A DNA stretch of 61,027 bases, the filler included. It is 7 parts of 7 records of this genome, joined end to end, with 100 filler letters (N's around TTAATTAATTAA, not from the genome) between each part and the next. Parts side by side here need not be neighbours in the genome. Positions count along the whole stretch, not along the records: positions 17,399 to 27,615 come from SRR2962707_5160; positions 27,716 to 39,473 come from SRR2962707_5163; 5 more parts are not named here. One strand, 5' to 3'. Position numbers and translations under genes: made by a program. Positions 23,710 through 32,447 of this stretch are shown piece by piece. Every line of letters starts with the position of its first letter. Within the stretch, counting starts at the first letter, position 1. The notes under the pieces were generated by a model, which was given only the letters and a program-made list of their open reading frames with translations, was not told where the DNA came from and made no database searches.

Positions 23710-24879
23710 CGGGGGCTCTTCAGAGCTCTCGGTGGCGGCTTTCTGGTTTTGCTCATGCATGGTGCGCCACTGCTTGAGAAACTCCCGGTACCGGTCCAGC
23801 GCTTCCTCTACCACGGAAACTTCCGGCGTCTCGCTGGAACGCACCAGAACAATCAGCCCCTTGCCCTCAACCTCGGTGTTGGTATCCGGGTGGCAGATGA
23901 CTTCATTGTCGTGATCGATGTAGGCCAGAGCCGTTCCGATGCCGTGGCGGATCAGAGCACTGACAATATCCGCCCAGGTAAGGTCGTCGAGCTTGAGATC
24001 ATAACGATGCGGATGATCTCGCTCGTAGTTGAACATGTCTTCCAGAACTTTTTCGGAACCTGGGGCGACCACGGAGCGAACCATGATTTCAGGGTAGGTG
24101 CGCACGGGGCGAATGGTGGTGCGAACGCCCAGTGCTTTGAATCTTGCACGGTTGTGGTCGCCGACACATTCAACCGTGGTTCTGCCGCCCAGATTGGATT
24201 CGGCCAGTCGATGGGCGATATCGAAGGTCAGGCTGTCTGACATCGGGTCTGATTCGTCGGCTGCCAACACGATGATGTGCTTGGCGCTGCCAGCGTGCAC
24301 GGATTTCAGGGCTTCCGGGTCATTTCCTGCGCCGTGAAAGTGAACGACGCCGCAGTCGGACAGTTCTGCAGGCAGACCTCCCGGAAATTGCCGCGTAAGC
24401 AGCATTATCGGCACCGTGTGGTACTCAGGAACTGAGCGAATCTGCGAGGCGAATCGCATGAAGTACTGTTCGCCGCCGCTTCGAGGGGTGTTGATGATGA
24501 CAATGTGGTCTTTCATTTTGTAAATCCAGCGTCCGGTCAGTATGCGTTCTCTGCGGTAGAAACGGTATTCGATGTAATCACTTACGATCAGGGTTAACAG
24601 GGTAATGGCGGAGACGAACATCAGTACAATGGTGCTGATCCGGCCGACGGGCGTGACCGGGGAGTAGTCGCCATAACCCACGGTAACCAGCGTCGTCATG
24701 GTGAGCCATACGGCTTCAAAGAACGAGAGTGGCTCTGCTGCCCACAGGATAAGAATCTGCGCCGATACCAGTCCCCCGAGGATGGCAAAGAGCCGGTTGA
24801 TCCGACTTCTTATAAGTCCGCCCATAGGGAGGTGGGATTGGGTATGTTCCGGATTCAGAGGGCGTTTATTTCGCATCAT
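23686..24879 (-). CDS. Two-TM potassium channel with RCK/TrkA-N domain
   Basis: Selectivity filter TTLVTVGYGD between two TM helices, followed by a Rossmann-like RCK region. Start codon uncertain. Confidence 0.9.
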   Translation of the reverse strand: MMRNKRPLNPEHTQSHLPMGGLIRSRINRLFAILGGLVSAQILILWAAEPLSFFEAVWLTMTTLVTVGYGDYSPVTPVGRISTIVLMFVSAITLLTLIVSDYIEYRFYRRERILTGRWIYKMKDHIVIINTPRSGGEQYFMRFASQIRSVPEYHTVPIMLLTRQFPGGLPAELSDCGVVHFHGAGNDPEALKSVHAGSAKHIIVLAADESDPMSDSLTFDIAHRLAESNLGGRTTVECVGDHNRARFKALGVRTTIRPVRTYPEIMVRSVVAPGSEKVLEDMFNYERDHPHRYDLKLDDLTWADIVSALIRHGIGTALAYIDHDNEVICHPDTNTEVEGKGLIVLVRSSETPEVSVVEEALDRYREFLKQWRTMHEQNQKAATESSEEPPSAGGSER

Positions 24880-24959
24880 GGAGAGCGGGTGCCTGTTCAG
24901 TCCTTGGCGAGTTCGTTATACAGTACCTGAAATATATCAGAGAGACAGAGGGTTGCGTT

Positions 24960-27615
24960 ATGTCTGAGCCATGGGCTTCACTGCCGGGAGTGCTCAAGGA
25001 GGAGATTTCCGGATGCTGGCCATCGGTATTCCCGGAGGGGCTGCCGGGCTGGCTGGCCGGTGACCATGTCTCCGAGGCCGATGTGGCAGAGGCTATTTCC
25101 CGTAGCCTGTTTCTCCGGCAAACCCTTGAACGACATCCGGAGCAGGTTCAGCCCGCCGTTGTTGCCCGGCCTTTAACCGAACCAACCACCGAGGCCTGGC
25201 TCGCTGATCGCTGGCGGGATTACCTCCAGAACGTTGACTCTGAACCGGCGTTGCATGCAGCACTTCGCCAGTACCGGCGGGAAGTGCAGTTCCGGATTAT
25301 CTGGCGGGATCTGATGAAGTGGGCCGATTTGCATGAAACCATGGCCGCCACCAGTGCCTTTGCGGATACCGCCATTGATGGTGCCTTGAATTGGCTTTAC
25401 GAGCGAGCCTGTGAAGAGTTCGGTACTCCCATGGGCGATGATCCGGTAACCGGGCAAGAGGCACCCCAGAAAATGGTGGTGCTTGGAATGGGCAAGCTCG
25501 GCGGCCGGGAGCTGAACGTTTCCTCGGATATCGATCTGATTTTTGCGTTTCCCTCAAAAGGCGAAACCCATGGCGGCCGGCGTGCTCTGGATAATCAGCA
25601 GTTCTTTATCCGGCTTGGCCAAAGGCTGATTCAGGCGCTGGACCAGATTACCGCCGATGGTTTCGTGTTTCGGGTGGATATGCGCTTGAGGCCATATGGC
25701 CAGAGTGGTGCGCTCGCCCTGAGCTTCGCCGCCCTGGAAACCTATTACCAGGATCAGGGGCGCGACTGGGAGCGTTATGCCATGGTCAAGGCCCGCGTCG
25801 TGGCGGGCGACCAGCGCGCCGGTGAGGTATTGATGGCTAGCCTCAAACCCTTCGTTTACCGCAAATACATTGATTTCAGCGCCTTTGAATCGCTTCGCAG
25901 CATGAAAGAAATGATCAGCCGGGAAGTTCGCCGGAAGGGGCTGGAGAACAATATCAAGCTCGGCAGTGGCGGCATTCGGGAAATTGAGTTTGTGGTGCAG
26001 GCGTTCCAGTTAATCCGCGGCGGGCGTGATCGGGAGCTGCAACAACGTGAGTTGCAGCAGATCTTGAAGGAGCTCGAGGAACTGGAGTTGCTTCCGTCCC
26101 GGGTGGTCGGTGAGCTGAGGGGCGCCTATGTGTTCCTTCGCAATCTGGAACATGCCCTTCAGGGTATGGAAGACAAGCAGACCCAGGTTCTGCCTGAGGA
26201 TGCGCTTTCCTGCGCTCGGGTTGCGAGGATTATGGGCTTCGATAGCTGGGAAGACTGCCTGTCTGCGCTGGATGAACATCGAAGCCGGGTGGCTCGTCAT
26301 TTTGCGGATATCATCGCCACGGAAGAACAGGATGACGCCGATGAGGGTGGTGTCGACGATGGCTGCTACGAGCTGTGGCTGGCGGAAATGGATGAAGCCA
26401 GTGCGCTGGGCTGGCTGGAGCAAAGCGGGTTTGAGGACCCGGATGGCAGCTATAAGCGCCTGACCAGCCTGCGCGACAGCCGCACCGTGCAGACTCTGCA
26501 GACCCAGGGGCGTAAGCGGCTCAATCAGTTTGTGCCGCTCCTGATTAACGCCCTGATGGATGTGGAGAATCCTTCGGAAACGCTGGACCGTGTGCTGCAA
26601 CTGGTTGAAGCCATTCTGCGCAGAACCGCCTATATGGTTCTGTTGATGGAAAATCCCGGAGCCATGACGCAGTTGGTGCGGCTGTGTAGTGAAAGCCCCT
26701 GGATTGCACGCCTGCTGGCGGATACGCCCTTGCTCCTGGACGAACTTTTGAATGCGGAGAGCCTATACAGTCCGCCGGCCAAGGAAGAGTTGCAGGATGA
26801 TTTGCGTCAGCAAATGCTGCGGATTCCGTATGAAGATCTGGAAGAGCAGATGGAAGCTCTGCGTTACTTCAAGAAGGCCCATGTGCTGAGGGTGGCGGCG
26901 TCAGAATTAAAGGGCACGCTGCCGCTGATGAAAGTGAGTGATTACCTGACCTGGATTGCCGAGGTGGTGCTGGATCATGTGGTGGATGTGGCGTTCTCGA
27001 ATCTGGTCAGCCGGCACGGTTACCCGCGGCGCGCCGATGGCTCCGCCTGCGATACCGATTTCGCCATCATTGGTTACGGCAAGCTTGGCGGTATCGAGCT
27101 GGGCTACACCTCAGATCTGGATCTGGTGTTTGTGCACCAGGCTGATCCTCAACTGGCCACCGATGGCGACAAGCCTATTGATAACGCCGTGTTCTATACC
27201 CGGCTCGGCCAGCGAATCGTGCACATTCTCAGTACCCAGACACCCTCCGGGCAGCTCTACGAAGTGGATATGCGATTGCGCCCCTCGGGTAACTCCGGCT
27301 TGCTGGTGAGTACCTTGCAGGCGTTCGAGAAATACCAGCAGGAGGATGCCTGGACCTGGGAGCATCAGGCGCTGGCCCGCGCCAGGGGAGTGGCAGGCTG
27401 CGACGATACGCTCAAAGCGTTCGAGGATATTCGCCACCAGATACTGTGCCGACAACGGGAAAAGGCGTCGCTTCGGCAGGAGGTGGTCGATATGCGTGAG
27501 AAAATGCGCAGCAACCTCGGGACACCCGCAGCCCGGCAGAATGACGTTTTCCACATCAAGCATGACAACGGTGGCATCGTAGATGTCGAGTTCATGGTGC
27601 AGTACCTGATGCTGG
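24960..27615 (+). CDS. glnE: Glutamine synthetase adenylyltransferase/deadenylylase (3'-truncated)
   Basis: Two nucleotidyltransferase motifs MGKLGGRELNVSSDIDL and GYGKLGGIELGYTSDLDL; VDMRLRP twice. Confidence 0.97.
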
Positions 27616-27715
27616 NNNNNNNNNNNNNNNNNNNNNNNNNNNNNNNNNNNNNNNNNNNNTTAATTAATTAANNNNNNNNNNNNNNNNNNNNNNNNNNNNN
27701 NNNNNNNNNNNNNNN
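27616..27715. other. Artificial contig-join spacer
   Basis: N44-TTAATTAATTAA-N44. Confidence 0.99.
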
Positions 27716-27887
27716 TTTCTCACTTTCGGGTTCCTCTTTGGTGGTGTCTCCTTATATGAACGCTGATCGAAAGATTATCGGCGCGGTCGGCGTCATCGGA
27801 CCCACCCGCCTGAACTATGGACGTATTGTGCCGATTGTAGATTACACGGCACAGCTGGTTGGCAAATTGATTGCCGATCGGAGCTAG
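27716..27887 (+). CDS. hrcA: Heat-inducible transcription repressor HrcA, C-terminal fragment
   Basis: Frame from 27717 reads [56 protein letters not shown], directly upstream of grpE. Confidence 0.92.
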
Positions 27888-27896
27888 AGGTGAAGA

Positions 27897-28457
27897 ATGG
27901 CAGAGCCTAAAAACGAAGATTTTCTAGACGAAATCGGTAGCGCCGAAGCAGAAGAATATGCTTCTGAAATGGAAGAGTTTGATGACGCGGCCATCGAGTT
28001 GGATGAGCTGCGCGCAGAGCGCGACGAGTTTCGCGACAAATTCATGCGCGCTTTGGCTGACGCAGAGAACTCGCGCAAGCGTGCGGACAAAAGCCGTCGT
28101 GAAGCTGAGCAATATGGTGGATCGCGACTCTCGCGTGATTTGTTGCCGGTCTACGACAACATGAGCCGGGCTTTGGCCGCTGCAACAGACGAACAACGCG
28201 AAGCGGCCGGTGCCGTTATTGAAGGTGTAGAACTTACCCTTCGTGAGTTGACCAACGTTCTGAAGAAGCACGGTGTCGAACCGATTTCACCAAAAGTCGG
28301 TGATCGTTTTGATCCGAAAGTGCACGAGGCGATGTTTGAGGCACCGTTGCCAGGAACGAAAGCCGGCGACATCATTCAGGTCTCGGCCGAAGGATTCATG
28401 TTGCATGACCGTTTGCTACGGGCGGCGCAGGTTGGTGTATCGTCCAACCCCGGTTGA
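27897..28457 (+). CDS. grpE: Nucleotide exchange factor GrpE
   Basis: RALADAENSRKR, DLLPVYDN, FDPKVHEAM, GFMLHDRLLRAAQVGV. Confidence 0.97.
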   Translation: MAEPKNEDFLDEIGSAEAEEYASEMEEFDDAAIELDELRAERDEFRDKFMRALADAENSRKRADKSRREAEQYGGSRLSRDLLPVYDNMSRALAAATDEQREAAGAVIEGVELTLRELTNVLKKHGVEPISPKVGDRFDPKVHEAMFEAPLPGTKAGDIIQVSAEGFMLHDRLLRAAQVGVSSNPG

Positions 28458-28481
28458 ACAAACCAAAACATGTGATTTCAG

Positions 28482-28515
28482 AAAAAGCGTCCCGTTGGGG
28501 CGCTTTTTGCTTTTT
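28482..28515 (+). terminator. Rho-independent terminator after grpE
   Basis: AAAAAGCGTCCC-GTT-GGGGCGCTTTTT then GCTTTTT. Confidence 0.8.
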
Positions 28516-28734
28516 GCTTCATCAAAATTCAATTTCATATCGCCGGAACAGCGTCTTGATCTTGCCAAGTCTATCGTCATCGCTCAATCATCGGGCAGGG
28601 CTAGGCGATGGCGTCGCCAGCATTCTTGATGCGCCCAACACTTGTTTGTCCTGAACGCCGGGACCTTTCTTTGTCAAGTTTGGCGGGGGCGGGTCGCTCT
28701 CTCCGTATTTGGCATAAAACCGGAGGGTCAGTTC

Positions 28735-29940
28735 TTGGAACGTCCAGATTTCTACAAATTGCACAACGGCGATTCCGTTGCGTTACCGTTTTCACCAGAA
28801 GAGTATGACGCGCGCCTTGCCGGCCTAAGACAGATCATGTCAGACCTTGGCGTGGATGCCTGTATTTTCACGTCGATGCAAAACATCGCCTATTACTCCG
28901 GCTTTTTGTATTGCAGCTTTGGTCGCCCTTATGGGTTGGTTGTCACACGTGAAACATCGGTGACCATTTCCGCAGGCATTGACGCAGGTCAGCCATGGCG
29001 GCGCTGTCACGGGGACAATATCACCTACACCGACTGGACACGTGATAACTATTGGCGGGCCGTTTGCCACTTCACAGGAACGGGCAAGGTGATCGGGTTT
29101 GAAGAGGATCATATTTCCTTGCAGGAGCATGGTAAGTTGCTCAGCTTCCTGAGCCCCAGTGAAGTGAAGCCAGTGAACCGTGAAACCATGCGCCAAAGGA
29201 TGAGCAAGTCTCCAGCAGAGTTATCCCTCATCCGGGAAGGAGCCCGTGTTGCAGATGTGGGTGGCTATGCCATCAAAGACGCGATCAAAGCCGGGGTGCG
29301 CGAAATTGATGTGGCGATGGCCGGACGTGACGCAATGGAGTTGGAGATTGCGAAGTCGTTTCCAGATGCCGAATACCGAGACACTTGGGTTTGGTTCCAA
29401 TCAGGCCTCAACACCGACGGCGCGCATAATCCCGTGACGGGGCGCGTTCTGGAACGGGGCGATATTCTGTCGTTAAACACATTCCCGATGATTTCAGGCT
29501 ACTACACGGCATTGGAGCGTACGCTTTTTGTCGAAGAGGTCGATCCAGCGTCGCTTGCCATTTGGGAAGCCAATGTGGCCGCGCATGAATATGGGATCAG
29601 TCTTTTGAAACCGGGGATGTCCTGTGCCGAGGTGACACATAAGATCAATGATTTCTTTGCAGAACGAAACTTGCTGCAATACCGCAGTTTTGGCTACGGG
29701 CACTCTTTTGGCGTTCTTAGTCACTACTACGGCCGAGAAGCTGGCCTGGAACTACGTGAAGACATTGATACCGTTCTTGAGCCGGGAATGGTTATTTCCA
29801 TGGAACCCATGTTGACAATACCAGAAGGCCAGAACGGCGCCGGTGGGTATCGAGAACATGATATTCTTGTCATTACGGAAGACGGCAATGACAATATTAC
29901 AGGGTATCCTTATGGCCCGGGCTTCAACGTGGTTGGCTGA
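28735..29940 (+). CDS. Creatinase (creatine amidinohydrolase), M24 pita-bread fold
   Basis: WFQSGLNTDGAHNPVT, GYYTALERT, GYGHSFG, HYYGREAGLELREDIDTVLEPGMVISMEPM and GYREHDIL are creatinase-type motifs. Start reassigned to TTG 28735 (GGAGG RBS at 28722), giving 401 aa. Confidence 0.88.
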   Translation: MERPDFYKLHNGDSVALPFSPEEYDARLAGLRQIMSDLGVDACIFTSMQNIAYYSGFLYCSFGRPYGLVVTRETSVTISAGIDAGQPWRRCHGDNITYTDWTRDNYWRAVCHFTGTGKVIGFEEDHISLQEHGKLLSFLSPSEVKPVNRETMRQRMSKSPAELSLIREGARVADVGGYAIKDAIKAGVREIDVAMAGRDAMELEIAKSFPDAEYRDTWVWFQSGLNTDGAHNPVTGRVLERGDILSLNTFPMISGYYTALERTLFVEEVDPASLAIWEANVAAHEYGISLLKPGMSCAEVTHKINDFFAERNLLQYRSFGYGHSFGVLSHYYGREAGLELREDIDTVLEPGMVISMEPMLTIPEGQNGAGGYREHDILVITEDGNDNITGYPYGPGFNVVG

Positions 29941-29948
29941 TCCACATG

Positions 29949-29980
29949 CACAAGACGGCCATCGTGCCGTCTTGTGTTTC
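29949..29980 (+). terminator. Hairpin terminator after creatinase
   Basis: CACAAGACGGC-CATCGT-GCCGTCTTGTG-TTT, an 11-bp perfect stem. Confidence 0.75.
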
Positions 29981-30142
29981 CTCCTTTGGTTGTACGCAAA
30001 ATATTTTTCTACTTAACCAACTACCTCTGGCAAAGTCGCTGCAGCTTTGTCACAGTTTTCATGAATATTATGGGAGTGACGATGTAAATCGTCGTTACAT
30101 TACCCATATACCATTCAAGTGATTGATAAAGAGGATAAGTTG

Positions 30143-31219
30143 ATGGCGAATTTTGACGCTCAGGTTCGGGAAACTCAAGAACAGGTACAATCGGCTCAGG
30201 CAAAGATCTCCGAATTGACTGGTCGGATCGACAGCGCGCGGCAGAAAATTAAGTCTGGCGATGATGCGGTGATCGACATTGAGACAGCGACATTGGACGA
30301 CGTTCATGCGCATACCGATGTGATGAACGCCAATATTGCCGAGCTTATTATGGGTCTGGATGATGTCACGTCGGCGTTCTCAAAAGACTTTGACGAGATG
30401 CGGTCCAAAACCGGATGGGAAAGCTTTGTTGGCATTTTCGCCAAGGCAAAGGCCGATTCCATGCGACAGGAACGCATAAAGACCGCGAATATCGACGACA
30501 AACTTCAAGACCTTATCAGTAAGTCCGACATCATTGTTCAGCTCCTTGAGGGGCAGTTGGTGATGTTGAATGACCAGAAATCAAAGGTTGAGACAAATTT
30601 GACGGAAACTTTGGATGAGCGGGAATTCACCGTTGCCGATCTGGAAGCTGTCCGCAGCGAAATCCTGTCAATGGATCCGAAAATCATCGCGCTGGAAAAC
30701 AAGATTGCTGTTGAACAGGATGCGGCCCAGCGAACAAAATTAGAGACTGAATTGGCGGATTTGAACACGGCTTATAATGAGTTGGTACAGAATGAGCAGG
30801 TCAAACTGGCCAAATCTCAGACGCTGGAACGCTATATTGAAAAAGGCAAAACCTGGATCGACTCTTTGCAAAATCAGGCGGCAACGCAAATGGTGCTGAT
30901 CAACAAACTTCAGACAGACACCAAACAGCGCGTTGTCCTGTATGATGCCTTGTCCAAGTCTCTGAAGACGGCCCAACAACAGGACGTTGCGCACCGTATT
31001 AACGAAATCGGTGTCAAAACCGACCAAGAGGCACAGACCGCGATGGCCGCCATCGGAACGGCAACCAATCAGCGGATGGCTGACATGATGGAAGCGCACG
31101 AAGATCATATGGTCTTTGCCCGCGAAGTTCTTGAAGCAAAGGCCAAAGCTGACGATCGCTTTGCCCGACGTTTTGCCAAAATCGTCGAAAAGCACGACAG
31201 CAATCAATACGGGGCATAA
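30143..31219 (+). CDS. Uncharacterised all-helical coiled-coil protein (possible remote TelA/KlaA-like), first gene of the operon
   Basis: ATG 30143 with GAGGA RBS; 358 aa; heptad-rich, almost no Pro or Cys; amphipathic stretch KTGWESFVGIFAKAK. Confidence 0.8.
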   Translation: MANFDAQVRETQEQVQSAQAKISELTGRIDSARQKIKSGDDAVIDIETATLDDVHAHTDVMNANIAELIMGLDDVTSAFSKDFDEMRSKTGWESFVGIFAKAKADSMRQERIKTANIDDKLQDLISKSDIIVQLLEGQLVMLNDQKSKVETNLTETLDEREFTVADLEAVRSEILSMDPKIIALENKIAVEQDAAQRTKLETELADLNTAYNELVQNEQVKLAKSQTLERYIEKGKTWIDSLQNQAATQMVLINKLQTDTKQRVVLYDALSKSLKTAQQQDVAHRINEIGVKTDQEAQTAMAAIGTATNQRMADMMEAHEDHMVFAREVLEAKAKADDRFARRFAKIVEKHDSNQYGA

Positions 31220-31262
31220 TGGTCACGCGTTTCAACACCCAACCCAAAAGATATGAAACGAC

Positions 31263-32384
31263 ATGACAGACCTGACAAATGACCAAGTCGGCCTTGGTGA
31301 TACTTTCGCAAGCCGACGCTACTTTTCCAAGTTTGAAAAGATCACGGCCCATCTGGGTCGTGTGGCTGCTGTTATGCAGGCCGAAGGGACGCTTACAAAG
31401 GAAGAAGTGACCGTACTCACAACATATGTCCGAAGCATTGCCTATACTTTTCGCGCGCTCAGCATGAAGTATCTGATGGTGGGGCGCGACACGGGGCAGT
31501 TTTTTGGGTCGCTCACGATGGACAATCACGAAAGCGGCTTTCCTGTCTTCAATGAGCTTTTGATCATGGCAAATGATGCGCAACAAGCTTCCCGCCATCT
31601 TTCAGGGATGCCGTCTGTTGAGGCGTTAAAAGACCAGATGGTTGCGCAGATCATCGGGGAACATCAAAGCCCGACACGTCTGCAATTCGCACTTTCTCAG
31701 AGACTGTATTACGAGGAACTGCAAAAAGGGCATTTGTTCTGGGCTCAGAATGATCCCGAAATTCGCTGGCTTCGTGGTACTGACAAACGGCGGACGTTCC
31801 TAATCCATTGGGCGGTTTATGACAGCCAGGTCAATTTACCGACTTTGTACGTTATGGAAGTCGAAGACACTGGAAAATCGGTTTCGTTGCCGAAAGACGA
31901 GCGCCGTTGGCCGGAGGTTCAGGCCCATTTGATGGGACAGGCACTTGGTGGTTTGAAATTGCTGACAATCGCCAAGGGATTTGATGAGAGCTTTGACGAT
32001 CTTCATCCGAAGAAGTTGCGCCGTTTTCACGTTGGTCCAATGTATTCACATGCGTTCACTAAGCAATTTGGTCCGATCAGCGAGGTCCTTGAAAAGGCGA
32101 ACTCTCCCGCAGGTCAAGATTGGGCGTTGGCCTGGACAGAAGAAACACTGGAATCTGAGCGCGTCATTGAGGAACGCTCTGGTTGGTTCGGAAAAGTGGA
32201 GCGTGAGGTTTTTGCGCTTGATCCGTTTTCCGGGCGCGGCGCTGACACCGGGGCGACACGTATGGAACGTGCAATAATTTTGCCAGAGCGCCCGTTTCAA
32301 CAATTGGCAGAAATGGATCCGCCTGGGTTTGGCTCTGTTCGGAAATTTGTGGTCAGCGCTGCGGGACGGGTTTTGAGTTATTAA
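31263..32384 (+). CDS. Hypothetical soluble protein, operon gene 2
   Basis: 373-aa ORF with normal codon usage, 43 bp after gene 1. No family recognised. Confidence 0.8.
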   Translation: MTDLTNDQVGLGDTFASRRYFSKFEKITAHLGRVAAVMQAEGTLTKEEVTVLTTYVRSIAYTFRALSMKYLMVGRDTGQFFGSLTMDNHESGFPVFNELLIMANDAQQASRHLSGMPSVEALKDQMVAQIIGEHQSPTRLQFALSQRLYYEELQKGHLFWAQNDPEIRWLRGTDKRRTFLIHWAVYDSQVNLPTLYVMEVEDTGKSVSLPKDERRWPEVQAHLMGQALGGLKLLTIAKGFDESFDDLHPKKLRRFHVGPMYSHAFTKQFGPISEVLEKANSPAGQDWALAWTEETLESERVIEERSGWFGKVEREVFALDPFSGRGADTGATRMERAIILPERPFQQLAEMDPPGFGSVRKFVVSAAGRVLSY

Positions 32385-32447
32385 GCCGTGAGCGAGTGTT
32401 GATCAGGTTTTGAGTACTTATTGAAAGATGAAAATGGGAGGCGCGCT

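Noticed and set aside
28642-28734. N-terminal extension of creatinase given by the ORF track
   Set aside because: The better start is TTG 28735 with a GGAGG RBS, which gives the usual length of about 400 aa.
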